Shown here one piece after another: positions 1 to 10,742 of a DNA stretch of 64,000 nucleotides. Each line of letters begins with the position of its first letter. Position 1 is the stretch's first letter. The stretch is from Candidatus Woesearchaeota archaeon (GTDB lineage Archaea; Nanobdellota; Nanobdellia; Woesearchaeales; 0-14-0-80-44-23). Location: positions 448,001-512,000 of the forward strand of contig JAVZCZ010000001.1 in assembly GCA_038874135.1 (NCBI GenBank). Reading direction: 5' to 3'. A program made the translations under genes and the position numbers. Under the pieces are notes generated by a model. The model was given only the letters and a program-made list of their open reading frames with translations, had not been told where the DNA came from and did not search any database.

Positions 1-379
1 TCTTAGGCCTGATGTAGCAATCTTGGACTGTCCTGACACTAATGAAGTCAGATATGCTGAGAATGTAAAGTCACTTGTGTGGAATAAGGAGATTAAGATT
101 GTGGCGGAACACAAGGCTGACTCAAAGTATCCTGAGGTTGGAGCTGCTTCAATACTTGCAAAGGTAATACGGGATAGGGAGATAGATAAGATAAAGAAAA
201 AATTAGGAGTTGATTTCGGCTCAGGATACCCTGCAGATCCGGTGACTTCAGATTTTATAAAGAAGAACTGGAATAACGATAAGCTTGAAGGAATAATAAG
301 AAAGAGTTGGGCTCCTGTTGTTGAAATTTCAAGGAAGAGTAGAGAAGAAAAAAGGCAGAAGAAGATTTTTGATTTTTGA
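1..379 (+). CDS. rnhB: Ribonuclease HII, 5'-truncated by the window edge
   Basis: Motifs KAD-x-x-YPEVGAASILAKV and DFGSGYPADP; C-terminal PIP-like QKKIFDF; frame is open back to base 2. Confidence 0.93.
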   Translation, partial: LRPDVAILDCPDTNEVRYAENVKSLVWNKEIKIVAEHKADSKYPEVGAASILAKVIRDREIDKIKKKLGVDFGSGYPADPVTSDFIKKNWNNDKLEGIIRKSWAPVVEISRKSREEKRQKKIFDF

Positions 380-395
380 ATCTCTTTTAAACCTT

Positions 396-1346
396 TCACG
401 GAAGAGTTCTGTAGCGGGTGTTAAGCAGAGTCCATTCTAAGAATATTAGAATTATACCGAGAGGTAGAAATACTTCCGAAAGGTTGAAAGCTGTATTTCT
501 AACCCTTGCTGAGATTATCTGCTGGTAAGCGCTTTTGAGCTCTTCGGGAGTGCTCGCTTTAAAATAGGAGCCCCCTGTTTTTTCAGCTATCGTCTTAAGG
601 GAGTCCTCATCTAGTTTTGAAACCAGCTCAGTTTTTATGAATGAACCTCCCTGCTCTGTGCCTATGCCTATTGTGTAAATTGCAATGTTGTAAGCATTTG
701 CGTGCTCTATTGCTTCATCAATTCCAGCCCCCACATTGTTCTGCCCGTCAGTTATTAGGATTATAGTCTTTGCAAATTGCTCTTGGCTGAGCATGTTTGA
801 AGCTGTTATTATTGCTTCTCCAATTGCTGTCCCGCCAACATTTTCCACTTCAATAGTTTTTATTGAACTCTTTACACTTAAAAGGTCATCAGTGATTGGC
901 TGTTTTACAAATGCTGCCCCTGCAAAATCTATAACTCCAACTCTACCTTGAGAGAGGCTGTTCACAAATGAGAAGGCAGATTCTTTTGCAGCAGAAAGCC
1001 TGTTTGGAATTACATCATTTGCCAGCATGCTGGAAGAGGCATCTATTGCAATGACGAAGCTCTGAGATGTAACAAGTGCTCTGTATCTCAGCTGAGCTCC
1101 TGCTGAGGCAAGTATCAGAAGCGTAAGCGAGAAAACTCTTATTAAAAGCAGCAAAATATTGCTGGAGACAAAATGAACATTGGCAATATTGCCCTGAGGT
1201 CCAACTATTCTTCTTATAACTTCAAAGTTTGCAAATCTGATTGCCCTTCTTTTTAGGAAGCCGAATACGAAGAAGTGCGTTATTACAACTACTGGAATTG
1301 AAAGGAGTAACCAGAGGTTTTGAGGATTTGAAAATACTATCTCCAT
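396..1346 (-). CDS. vWA-domain membrane protein (BatA/BatB-like)
   Basis: N-terminal FSNPQNLWLL Bat-type TM region; MIDAS DASSSM, GGTAIG, LITDGQNN; C-terminal TM. Confidence 0.9.
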   Translation of the reverse strand: MEIVFSNPQNLWLLLSIPVVVITHFFVFGFLKRRAIRFANFEVIRRIVGPQGNIANVHFVSSNILLLLIRVFSLTLLILASAGAQLRYRALVTSQSFVIAIDASSSMLANDVIPNRLSAAKESAFSFVNSLSQGRVGVIDFAGAAFVKQPITDDLLSVKSSIKTIEVENVGGTAIGEAIITASNMLSQEQFAKTIILITDGQNNVGAGIDEAIEHANAYNIAIYTIGIGTEQGGSFIKTELVSKLDEDSLKTIAEKTGGSYFKASTPEELKSAYQQIISARVRNTAFNLSEVFLPLGIILIFLEWTLLNTRYRTLP

Positions 1347-2224
1347 TTTTTCCTCTTTATGAAAAACTCGTTAACGCGGTGTACGAAATGCTGGCTTGTC
1401 AGGAGTTGAAGTAGGCTTCCTCCTGATTCTGTAAAAACCTTGTCCAGTTCAAACAGGAATTCCTTATTAAGCTTTTCATACTTACCCCTAATCTTTTCAG
1501 AGTCAAACATCAGCTGATCATTTGAAAATGGATCTGAGATCACTATCTTACCTATTCCCTCAGGAATGCTGTTGTCCATAGGGTCCCTCACGCATATACC
1601 TATCATCTCAAACTTCTTGCATGCAACTCTAATCAGATCCTGCCAGCCAGGCTTGAGCCCTATGAAGTCTGAAATGAGTATGATTACTGTCCCCTTTTTA
1701 AATTTCTTGTTAAGGTAATCCATAAGCTCCTTAAAGTTAAATTTTCCTTCATACAATTTAGGATTGCTGAGTTGTCTTAACAGATTGTAATACTGCTTTA
1801 TGCCTGAGTTAGCTTTTAGCTCTGCAGCAGGATGGTCAGAATACATGAGAAGACCTACGGAGTCGCCTGCCCTGAGTATTCCGAAAGCAATTGCCGAAGC
1901 AAGTTCAGCAGCGTATTCCGCTTTGGATTGAGACGGAGTTGAGGTGTAGCACATGCTAGAACTCACATCCAGAACAATTACTACTTCCAGGTTTCTCTCC
2001 TCTTTGAACTCTCTAACCAGGAGCTTCTGAGCCCTCACGCTGGCCTTCCAATCTATCCTTGAAGCGTCATCAAAAGGGCTGTACTCTCTGAATGAGTCAA
2101 AATCCATTCCCTTCCCCTTAACAGAGGAGAGATAGCCGCCTGAGAAGTATCCTGAGATTTCCTTCTTAGTAAAAATTTCAAGCTGTTTTAATATTGGCTT
2201 GAAATTAAGTTTTAGCTCATACAT
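1337..2224 (-). CDS. DUF58 protein (MoxR-associated, vWA-like)
   Basis: GKGMDFDSFREYSPFDDASRIDWKASVR, LDVSSSM, ILISDF. Confidence 0.92.
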   Translation of the reverse strand: MYELKLNFKPILKQLEIFTKKEISGYFSGGYLSSVKGKGMDFDSFREYSPFDDASRIDWKASVRAQKLLVREFKEERNLEVVIVLDVSSSMCYTSTPSQSKAEYAAELASAIAFGILRAGDSVGLLMYSDHPAAELKANSGIKQYYNLLRQLSNPKLYEGKFNFKELMDYLNKKFKKGTVIILISDFIGLKPGWQDLIRVACKKFEMIGICVRDPMDNSIPEGIGKIVISDPFSNDQLMFDSEKIRGKYEKLNKEFLFELDKVFTESGGSLLQLLTSQHFVHRVNEFFIKRKKWR

Positions 2225-2233
2225 GTTTTGCCC

Positions 2234-3214
2234 CTAAGGCAGTTCTACCTTTTCAAGAACTTGAGAGATTATATTGTCAGAAGTTACACCTTCAGCCTGG
2301 CCTTCATAGTTTACTATGATTCTATGCCTCAGCACATCAGGAACTACCCTTTTCACATATTCGGGAATAACAAAGTTCTTTCCTGAAAGGAGCGCTTCCG
2401 CCTTGGAAGCCATAAATATGCTTATAGAAGCTCTGGGAGAAGCCCCCCAAGCGATATACTTGCCCAAAGGTATTCCGTATCTTGAAGGATTCCTCGTAGC
2501 GTCAACTATCCTTATGATGTATTTCTCAATCTTGTTATCCACATAAATCTTGTGAATGCTCTGCTGTATCCTCAGAATTTGTTGAGGAGAAGAAACTGCT
2601 TTTATTTTGAAATCCTCAAATGGCTTTACGCTGATGTTCTGATGAAGTATCTTTTCTTCTTCTTCAAGTGATGGATATGTGATGTTAAGCTTGAAAAGGA
2701 ATCTGTCCATCTGAGCTTCTGGCAGGGGATATGTACCTAAGCTTTCCAGAGGGTTCTGAGTTGCCATAACAAAGAAAGGCCTTTTCATAGGAAATGTCTG
2801 ATTTCCTATTGTAGCCTGCCTCTCCTGCATGCACTCCAGCAGTGCAGACTGCACCTTGGGGGGAGCCCTGTTTATCTCGTCAGCCAGAACCAGATTGCTA
2901 AATATGGGGCCCTTAATTACATAGAATCCCTTGTTCTTGTCATATGCTGTCACTCCTATTATGTCTGTTGGGAGAAGGTCTGGAGTGAACTGTATCCTTG
3001 AAAAGTCGCAGCCTATTGTTTTTGCCAGGGTCTTTATCATAAGGGTTTTAGCAAGTCCGGGAACACCCTCTATCAGCACATGTCCATTTAGCAGAAGTGC
3101 CCTGAGAAAACCGCTTATTACCTCATCCTGGCCTACAATAACTTTTGAGATTTCCCGATGTATTCTATCTACTACTTCTCTGCTCTTTTCAATCTCAGCT
3201 GAGAGGTTTGCCAT
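2234..3214 (-). CDS. moxR: MoxR-family AAA+ ATPase
   Basis: EGVPGLAKT, RIQFTPDLLPTD, LADEINRAPPKVQSALLE, ATQNP, GASPR, VLRHR. Confidence 0.96.
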   Translation of the reverse strand: MANLSAEIEKSREVVDRIHREISKVIVGQDEVISGFLRALLLNGHVLIEGVPGLAKTLMIKTLAKTIGCDFSRIQFTPDLLPTDIIGVTAYDKNKGFYVIKGPIFSNLVLADEINRAPPKVQSALLECMQERQATIGNQTFPMKRPFFVMATQNPLESLGTYPLPEAQMDRFLFKLNITYPSLEEEEKILHQNISVKPFEDFKIKAVSSPQQILRIQQSIHKIYVDNKIEKYIIRIVDATRNPSRYGIPLGKYIAWGASPRASISIFMASKAEALLSGKNFVIPEYVKRVVPDVLRHRIIVNYEGQAEGVTSDNIISQVLEKVELP

Positions 3215-3294
3215 CTCGGCAGAAACTCTTTTTTCAGTATAAATTTTTATTGTTTCACTTTTAAAGAGTAAAAAATTCTGGGCAAGATTTAAAT

Positions 3295-3972
3295 ATGAAA
3301 AAAATAGAAGAAGAGAACATGTCTTATGACCCTTCCGGCAGGAATGATGAACAGCGAATTCTGACCGTGAAAAATGCCAGTAGAAAGATGAATGTGTTTT
3401 TGAAAAACTTCTCCCGCCACTCTGAAGAGGATAACGCTATACACCTGAGCCACATTGTAAAAAAGTTCGTCTCTTCTTTAATGAAAATTGACTACAACCT
3501 GTCTTATGAAGAGATGAAGGGTAAGATTAAAGAAAGTAAAGAGAACCCACACCTTAAGGAGCAGCTCACAAATATTCTTGACAGGCTGGACGCGCTGGAA
3601 TTTGAAGGAGTAAAAATAACTAAGCAGGATGTTTTAGAGTGTGCAAATCAGTTTATTAACACAATCAAATTCGTAGAAGTGAATACTAACAAAAACAGAA
3701 GTTCAACCCTGACTGTGCTAATAAGAAAGATTAGAAAGTGGTTTGGCTTAGAGAAGCTTGCGAAGGAGCGCGAGGAGGATGCTATTCAAGAACTATATGA
3801 GCTCCTTGTAGAAGGACATAAATTAATATCTTCTGGAAAGAAGGGAGAGGCTTCACTTCAGTATTTGAAGATTAAAAAGATATATTCACACCTTTCAGCG
3901 GAATCAAAGAAGAGAGTTTATCCCGATGTGATATACTACTATAAGAAAATTGTTGGAACTGCTACAGATTAG
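3295..3972 (+). CDS. Helical hypothetical protein resembling the cytoplasmic loop of the adjacent giant protein (DUF4129/BatD-C-like region plus helical hairpin)
   Basis: LSHIVKKFVSSLMKIDYNLSYEEM and EASLQYLKIKKIYSHLSAESKKRVY align by eye with LSFAVRTFFQEGFGLRYEFTAQDL and LAREAYSKILTEYSILKEEEKKILK in 3975..10742. Confidence 0.6.
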   Translation: MKKIEEENMSYDPSGRNDEQRILTVKNASRKMNVFLKNFSRHSEEDNAIHLSHIVKKFVSSLMKIDYNLSYEEMKGKIKESKENPHLKEQLTNILDRLDALEFEGVKITKQDVLECANQFINTIKFVEVNTNKNRSSTLTVLIRKIRKWFGLEKLAKEREEDAIQELYELLVEGHKLISSGKKGEASLQYLKIKKIYSHLSAESKKRVYPDVIYYYKKIVGTATD

Positions 3973-3974
3973 AA

Positions 3975-6900
3975 CTACTTAAATTTACGCCTAGTGTATA
4001 GCACCACGCTTAAGGTTAAGATGAAAATTACAGCCAGTGAAGAGGCAACTATTATAAAATTCCTCGTTATTTTTAGTGAGAATGTTGAAGGCTTTTGATA
4101 GATTCTTTCTTTCTGAGAGATTAGATACTGACAGTTTTCCACAACTGAGCTTAGAACTCGTGCTGCCTTTTCATAATTGCCCATTTCAACATCTGCCTCT
4201 GCCTGCTTTATGAACTCGTTCAGCTCAAGACAGATGCTGTTTTGGCTGAGCAGGTCCCTAGTGTAGGCAATTCTCATATCTAATGCTTTCCGGTCCAGAG
4301 TGCCTTTTTCCAGAGAATTTATGAAAATCTTATTGGTTTCGTTAAAGCGCGGATCCTCAACCATTGCTCTAACCAAAACTTCATAACTGCCAAACATCTG
4401 GTATGAGGTTATTATAACTGTTGCTCCTGCTTCTTCTCCCGGGTTTAATCTTTCTATCAGCTCAGGAGATATTGAGATCGTAACATTCTTGTTTTCAGAT
4501 GTGACATCCAAAGATATTTTGTTTAGTGTTATATTTCCGGAGTTGACAATCTTTATCGGTATTGAGATTGTTTCATTTTTGTAGATTGTTATTGGCTGAG
4601 GAACTATTATGTTCATAGAGTATGGAACCTCTTTTGGAATCTGCTGGAAGACTACCGTGGTGCTTCCCCCTCCCGAATTCTGAGGAACTGGGACTGGGCT
4701 TGAAATCTTTTTTATAGTAACATTTACTGCATTGCTCTCTACATTTGCACCTTCAGGATCTGAAGCTGAGAATTTTATCACTGCATTACCCTCTGCCAGT
4801 GGGATCAACTGGACTCTGCCATTTAAGGACATGGTGAGATTCAAGAAGCCAACTCCTGAAAGCATTGTATAATTGTAGGTGAGGTTCTCTAAATCGTCAT
4901 CCTTAAAGAAATTTCCAAGATATACCCACCACAGGTTTATATTGTCTGGAATAGTCACATTACTTATCGTGTAGTTTATTCTAACTGCTTCTATCACTGG
5001 AGTTTGTTCAGACCGAGAGGTTAAGAGCACAAGCTGGTATTGTACATACCTATTTGAGGTTAGGTTTGCACATTCCGGATTGCACTCAGTCCAAGCACCC
5101 CAATTTGTATTGTCTGAAGAGGTTCGCAAATACAGCTGAACTGAAGTTTCACTGGGAACATACCCCAAGTATTCTGCACTATTGATTGTAAAGTGAGGAT
5201 AATTAGAATTGTCCTCCTGCAAGTCCAGAACTCTGGAAATCAGAGCGCCCTTCAGGTAATGCTGAGAAGAATTTTCAAGTGCCAGCTCAACAGAATGTGT
5301 AAAGCTTAGGTTCTGATAGTATGAGTTATTTTCAAAGTTTGTATCATAAAATATACCAAAGTACGGGGGCCTATTCACATTCAAAACTGTAATGTTCCAA
5401 GTGATAGATGTCTCATTCTCTCCATCAGATGCAATAAATTGTAACAGATGAACGCCTGAACCGAAATATCCTGGAGCGTATGTGAAGTTTTCTGCCGTAG
5501 AATTTGGAACGCCGTCTAAGATCCAAGAATAGGTTATGTTGTCAAAATCAGGATCCACAGTATGCTGGGTGAATGTTACAGATTCGTTTTCATACATCAA
5601 AACAGTAAGGTTTATGGGAGCGTACTCCATTATTTCCGGGGGGTTATTCTTGTGCTTAACTGTTATCTTAAACATTTTAGAATCGTTGCGAGAATAATTT
5701 AGAACTTCCCTTACAGTTATGTTTATCATATGCGTACCTATGTCAGTTGAATTCGGAGTGAAATTTATCAGACCTGAAGAGAGCATTCTAAAGTTCGGGA
5801 AAGAATCCAAGAGCGTGTAAATGAATTCTAAAGGATCATTTTCCAAATCGGTGGCGTTTATCTGAATAATGAATGTTGTGTTTTCGTAAGCTATGAGCTC
5901 ATCTGAAGGTATAAGAGTTGGGGGGTTGTTTATCGGCAATACTCTGAACAGTAATTGTTTTGTGCTCTGATTTTCTTCATCGGAAACTGTTATGTTTATT
6001 GTGTGGTTTCCAATGTCGCTCTTGTTCAGAGTAAAATACATGAGTCCAGATTGGCTTAGGTAAAAATTCGGGAAGTCATCTAAGAGAACATATGAGAAGT
6101 TCAACGGGTCATTATCAAGATCCAGGACATATTGGGAAAAGTTCATGTAGAAATTATCGCCTTCTGTTGCATTTATCTCGCTTATTAATATTTGTGGAAT
6201 GAAGTTATAATCTATTGTGATGTTCAGCTGCTTAGAATCGTGCTCGCCGTACGCGTCACTAACATTAATTGTAAATGAATAATTTCCAATTTGAGCTTCA
6301 GAAGGAGTGAAGTTTATCATAACTGCAGTTTCATTATAATATTGTAGGGAGAAAAGAGAAGAATCATTTAGCTGGAAGGTGAGGGTGTCTCCACACATGA
6401 TATCTGGATCAAATGCTCTTATTATAAGCGCGAATGGCTTGTTTATCTTTGCTCTCTTAGTTCCAAGCTCTTCAAGCTCCGGCTTCTGGTTTATGTTAAT
6501 GACTTCAAAGTTAAAGCTATAGTTGGAGTAAGCTCCCCAAACATCAGTAGCGATTATTGTAACCGTGTGGTTTCCAACATCGCCCTGATTAAGAGTGAAG
6601 TTCATAAGTCCCGTACTGCTGATATATAGGCTTGGGAAGTAGTTGTTAGAAGTTGCTGAAAAAGTTATATTATCATTATCAGGGTCAGTTGCTAATACTT
6701 GCATAGTAAAAGTGCTGGTCTCATTTACGGATTGATTTGAGATTGGCTCAATTATTGGAGCGTGATTATTTGAAATATTAAAGAGTACATCCTCAGCGTC
6801 TGAGAAGGAATCTGAATCTGTAACTATTATTTTTATAACATATTCACCTATCTGCTCGTTTGTCGGAGTAAAGTTGATAACTGCAATGCCGATTGGGCTT

Positions 6901-9900
6901 AGTGTAGTTATGTTAAATAAGGAGGTATCATTTAAAGAGAAGTTTAGTTCATCTCCGTAAGGTATGTCTGGGTCTGAGGCATTTATATAAAGCACAAATT
7001 GAGATTCTGCTCTCAACTGCTGAGTGCCGATTGGATTAAGTTTAGGCGGGTCCGGAAGGCAGTTTACAGAAACTTTAAAGTTGTTGCTGTATGTCTCGTT
7101 TTCAGAATCAGAAGCTACAACCATCACAGTCTGATTTCCGCACCAGTTGCTCGCTGCTGAGAGCAAAACATTTCTATTTTCATCTACAACCATGCTTATT
7201 GCTGAGGCGCTGCCATTGGAAAGTTCAATGCGGAAGGTTAAATTATCTTTGTTGGCATCAGTGCATTCCAGCTCGTCAGGATCGTAGAATATTCTATTTA
7301 GATTAAATGCGTTTTGAAGGAAAGAGTCCTCATCCCAGGATTGGTTTTCAATTGTTCCGTTAAGCACAGGTGGCCTATTGAGGTTTGTAACATTTACTGT
7401 CCAGGAATGAGAATCATTTAAGTTATATGAATCTCTTACCATTACAGTTATGTTGTGAAGTCCAGCATCACAGAAGCTTGTAGTGTAGTTGATTGCGCTC
7501 TTGTTATATTCAAAAGGATTGTTATCAACATACCATTCTGAGGTCAGATAGTCTCCATAGGGAATGTCAGGATCACTGGCAGTGTAGTTAAACATGAAGC
7601 CAAGCGTGTAGTTCTCTTCAATGGAGACGCTCTCATTTTGAGGGAACCATCCTGTTATTGATGGGGGGTCGTTAATGTTTAGGATGGTGTAAGTTGGCTG
7701 CTTCTGGTCTAGAAGAACTCCGTTTTCTGCCTTTACGGATATTGTGACGATGTGCGATCCGACATCTGAATTACTGGGTGTGAATGTTATTCTGCCGCAG
7801 GTGTTGTTTATCTTCTCTATTGAGGAAAATAACGGGTTTCCTACAAGGGTGTCAAATGTTATGTTCTGATCGTATGGATTCGTTACATACACATAGACTG
7901 TTACATTTTCGCTCTGGTTAAATGTCATGTCTGAGGGAACAGGATTAAAACAGATGTCTCCACTGCATATGAATTCAAACCCTGTTATTGAAAGCCTTCT
8001 CCCGAGAAGACCGCGCTGATTTGCCACAATTAGGCCTGATATTATAAGCAGGAGCATTATTGCAGCTATGCCTGCGGTTAAGTTATGCTTGTGAGCATCT
8101 TTTCTGGCCATGCCTGTTCTGCTTCCCCCTATTCTGTTGTAAAGCTGAATTATTTTTTGTTTTAAAATCTTTTTTTCTTCCTCTTTTAGTATGGAATATT
8201 CAGTGAGTATTTTTGAATATGCTTCTCTGGCAAGTGGAAGGTTACTATTTTCAGCTGCCCTGTTGCCCTCTTCTATTAGTTCCAGTATCCTGAAAGCTGA
8301 GGGGCTGTGAAGCTTCATTGAACTCTCGTCAGGTTTTAGGTTCAGCTTCTCTGCCTCCTGGCTGATTTTTATTATTAAATCCCTACTTAATTTAAGCGCT
8401 TTTGCTAAGTTCTGTGGTGAAGCCTTAAATCTTGCGAATTCCATCTCTTCAATTATGTTGTAAAGCTTTGAAGCTGCTTCTTTAATCTCTCCGCTGAGAG
8501 GGAGGATTTCTAACTCTCTTGAAAGGTCCTGTGCAGTAAACTCGTATCTTAAACCAAAGCCTTCCTGAAAGAAGGTTCTCACTGCAAATGAAAGCTGCTG
8601 AGCAGACTTTTTAATACTATTTTTAGCAATATTGCTGGATATACCTTCCAGGTGAAGCAGAGCCCTCTCCTCTGCTGTCAGTATTGGGTTCTCAGCTGGA
8701 GTCTTCATAAAATTCAATGAAGAAACTCCCCTGGCAACCACTTTTGCAATTCCTATGAGTATAATTGCTGAGAGGGAAAGCGTGAAAAAAATTAGAATAC
8801 CCTTTTGCCTACTCCCAACCACGCTGAGCTGTGCAGGCATCTCAATCTTAGAGCACGGCTGGCATGGTCCTCCGCAGTCAACTCCTGTTTCGCCCTGGTT
8901 CTGTATTCCGTCAGAGCAGTTGGGGCAGGGAGCACATAGTCCTCCGCAGTCAACTCCGGTTTCAAGGCCATTCTTTATCAGGTCTGAGCAGCTTGGACAG
9001 CTCGGGCAGGGCCCTCCGCAGTCCACGCCCTCCTCGCCATTGTTCTTTACCAGGTCGTAGCAGGACGGCTCGTATAGGCACTCAGAATATTCTTCCGGCT
9101 TGCTTCTGTTTGTACTGCAGTTGTGCAGGTCTATGCAGTTTCTGAGGCGTATTCCTGAGTATAGGCATGGGCTCCATTCAGTGCAATTCCAGAGTGGTAT
9201 GCATGAGGAAGACATTCCGCCTCCTGAGCTTGTTTCTTTGGGAGGAACGTGTATTACTGAGAGGAGCACCTCGTTGCTCTCAGCTATAAGCCCTGCTGGG
9301 TCGTGAGCATAGAATCTTACTGTTTGGTTTCCGTACCAGAAGTATTCCGGCTGTAGCGTTATCATGCTGGAGTTGCTTATTTCCACTTTTATGTGCGGCA
9401 CGGGGCTTGAGTCGTATCTGAGTTTTTCCCCGTCTGGGTCTGCGAAGTAGTCGTTCAGGTATAATCCTGAGAACTGCCTATTTTCCAGCCATGTAATGTT
9501 GGGTATTGGAGAGATTAAAACTGGAGGCCTGTTTGTGATTAGGAAGGTAGAGTATTTAGTTAACGATTGAATTTCAAGTTCTGGAGAGTAGCAGGTGACT
9601 GTCCAGTTGTGTATTCCCGTTGTGGTAAAGCTTCTTGTGTATTCGTATAGCAGGCTCGCGTTGTTGAAGCTCATCCGTACAGGAGTAGCGTATCTGTTAT
9701 TTTCTTCAAAGCTTGCTTCGCAGTAGTATTGGCTTCCGTTAAGAATAATGCCGCCTATTGTAGTGAAGTTTGCGTAGAATGTTACATTTTGAAGCACGAA
9801 TCTCTCATACTTGTCTGTGTCGCTGAATATTTTCAGGATTGGAGTCATGTTTTCTGCTACTGAGAAGAAGAGTCTTTCTCCAATTCCGAATGTGTATACT

Positions 9901-10742
9901 CTCATTATGTATGTTGAGTTGTTATAAGCTAAGAACTTGCAGATTGAGTTGGGACAGTTCTTTCCGTTTGCCATTGGTTTTGGTGCTTTGAAGGATAGGT
10001 TGTAAAATTCAAGTATCGCCTGCACGTCCAGGCAGGGCTCTGCGCTTGTATCTACTGATATGTTGTTGTGTTCTATTTTTACATTAGAATTGAGGTCTGC
10101 AGCATCAAAGTTTAATGTTGAATCTGAGAAGTTGATCAAGCCGACATCTGGAATTCCTATTGTAGCATCTCTTATTCTTACCCAAGAGGTAAAGTTTGAA
10201 AAGTTAGTTGTAAGCTGGTTTGCATACTTACTCCAGATTGGCGGCTGGTCTATATTGTTGATTGATATCTTTCTGACAAGAGCTATTTTCTTTTCGCATA
10301 TGCTCTCTGCCCGGGCAACAAGAGTGTATCTGCAATTCGCATCGGGAATTGTTGTAGTGTTTAAGTCCATCTCGTACTGAGAGTCCCCGTCAAAAAAGAT
10401 TGTTCCAAGCCCGTACTGCTGGTCGCCGTATTGCAGGCCTAGAGAAAGGTTTGCGAACACGCTTACATTTTTTACAGTGTCTATGCTGTAAAGGTTTGTT
10501 GCATAAATCTTTATTCGTTCAGTCCCGTTAAGAACGGCCCAGGATTGGGGGTAGATGAACCACACTTCTGAGGGTGGCCCGACGCAGAGTCTGATTTGTG
10601 TGGTAGTTTTTCCTAGGAGAGGTTGAGATGGCAGGGAAAGGTAGAGGAATGTGAAGTTTAGGCAGACGATTATTAGGAGGAGTAGAGAGAAAATGAAGAG
10701 GGCTATCCTGTTGTTCTCATCTCCTGAATCTGGATTGTTCAT
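3975..10742 (-). CDS. Giant (2255 aa) multi-pass cell-surface protein with Ig/cadherin-like repeats and Cys-rich ETGVDCGG repeats; putative adhesin
   Basis: Four hydrophobic segments; many N-x-S/T sequons; repeated NxPP...A(S/T)DPD...D modules; three C-x-D-x3-N-x2-E-x-GVDCGG-x-C-x2-C units. Confidence 0.8.
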   Translation of the reverse strand: MNNPDSGDENNRIALFIFSLLLLIIVCLNFTFLYLSLPSQPLLGKTTTQIRLCVGPPSEVWFIYPQSWAVLNGTERIKIYATNLYSIDTVKNVSVFANLSLGLQYGDQQYGLGTIFFDGDSQYEMDLNTTTIPDANCRYTLVARAESICEKKIALVRKISINNIDQPPIWSKYANQLTTNFSNFTSWVRIRDATIGIPDVGLINFSDSTLNFDAADLNSNVKIEHNNISVDTSAEPCLDVQAILEFYNLSFKAPKPMANGKNCPNSICKFLAYNNSTYIMRVYTFGIGERLFFSVAENMTPILKIFSDTDKYERFVLQNVTFYANFTTIGGIILNGSQYYCEASFEENNRYATPVRMSFNNASLLYEYTRSFTTTGIHNWTVTCYSPELEIQSLTKYSTFLITNRPPVLISPIPNITWLENRQFSGLYLNDYFADPDGEKLRYDSSPVPHIKVEISNSSMITLQPEYFWYGNQTVRFYAHDPAGLIAESNEVLLSVIHVPPKETSSGGGMSSSCIPLWNCTEWSPCLYSGIRLRNCIDLHNCSTNRSKPEEYSECLYEPSCYDLVKNNGEEGVDCGGPCPSCPSCSDLIKNGLETGVDCGGLCAPCPNCSDGIQNQGETGVDCGGPCQPCSKIEMPAQLSVVGSRQKGILIFFTLSLSAIILIGIAKVVARGVSSLNFMKTPAENPILTAEERALLHLEGISSNIAKNSIKKSAQQLSFAVRTFFQEGFGLRYEFTAQDLSRELEILPLSGEIKEAASKLYNIIEEMEFARFKASPQNLAKALKLSRDLIIKISQEAEKLNLKPDESSMKLHSPSAFRILELIEEGNRAAENSNLPLAREAYSKILTEYSILKEEEKKILKQKIIQLYNRIGGSRTGMARKDAHKHNLTAGIAAIMLLLIISGLIVANQRGLLGRRLSITGFEFICSGDICFNPVPSDMTFNQSENVTVYVYVTNPYDQNITFDTLVGNPLFSSIEKINNTCGRITFTPSNSDVGSHIVTISVKAENGVLLDQKQPTYTILNINDPPSITGWFPQNESVSIEENYTLGFMFNYTASDPDIPYGDYLTSEWYVDNNPFEYNKSAINYTTSFCDAGLHNITVMVRDSYNLNDSHSWTVNVTNLNRPPVLNGTIENQSWDEDSFLQNAFNLNRIFYDPDELECTDANKDNLTFRIELSNGSASAISMVVDENRNVLLSAASNWCGNQTVMVVASDSENETYSNNFKVSVNCLPDPPKLNPIGTQQLRAESQFVLYINASDPDIPYGDELNFSLNDTSLFNITTLSPIGIAVINFTPTNEQIGEYVIKIIVTDSDSFSDAEDVLFNISNNHAPIIEPISNQSVNETSTFTMQVLATDPDNDNITFSATSNNYFPSLYISSTGLMNFTLNQGDVGNHTVTIIATDVWGAYSNYSFNFEVININQKPELEELGTKRAKINKPFALIIRAFDPDIMCGDTLTFQLNDSSLFSLQYYNETAVMINFTPSEAQIGNYSFTINVSDAYGEHDSKQLNITIDYNFIPQILISEINATEGDNFYMNFSQYVLDLDNDPLNFSYVLLDDFPNFYLSQSGLMYFTLNKSDIGNHTINITVSDEENQSTKQLLFRVLPINNPPTLIPSDELIAYENTTFIIQINATDLENDPLEFIYTLLDSFPNFRMLSSGLINFTPNSTDIGTHMINITVREVLNYSRNDSKMFKITVKHKNNPPEIMEYAPINLTVLMYENESVTFTQHTVDPDFDNITYSWILDGVPNSTAENFTYAPGYFGSGVHLLQFIASDGENETSITWNITVLNVNRPPYFGIFYDTNFENNSYYQNLSFTHSVELALENSSQHYLKGALISRVLDLQEDNSNYPHFTINSAEYLGYVPSETSVQLYLRTSSDNTNWGAWTECNPECANLTSNRYVQYQLVLLTSRSEQTPVIEAVRINYTISNVTIPDNINLWWVYLGNFFKDDDLENLTYNYTMLSGVGFLNLTMSLNGRVQLIPLAEGNAVIKFSASDPEGANVESNAVNVTIKKISSPVPVPQNSGGGSTTVVFQQIPKEVPYSMNIIVPQPITIYKNETISIPIKIVNSGNITLNKISLDVTSENKNVTISISPELIERLNPGEEAGATVIITSYQMFGSYEVLVRAMVEDPRFNETNKIFINSLEKGTLDRKALDMRIAYTRDLLSQNSICLELNEFIKQAEADVEMGNYEKAARVLSSVVENCQYLISQKERIYQKPSTFSLKITRNFIIVASSLAVIFILTLSVVLYTRRKFK
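8860..9065 (-). repeat. Three tandem 72-bp Cys-rich coding repeats (GVDCGG)
   Basis: cctccgcagtc recurs at about 8869, 8941 and 9013. Confidence 0.85.

Noticed and set aside
3975-10742. Diversity-generating retroelement acting on the surface proteins
   Set aside because: No reverse transcriptase and no TR/VR pair differing only at adenines was seen
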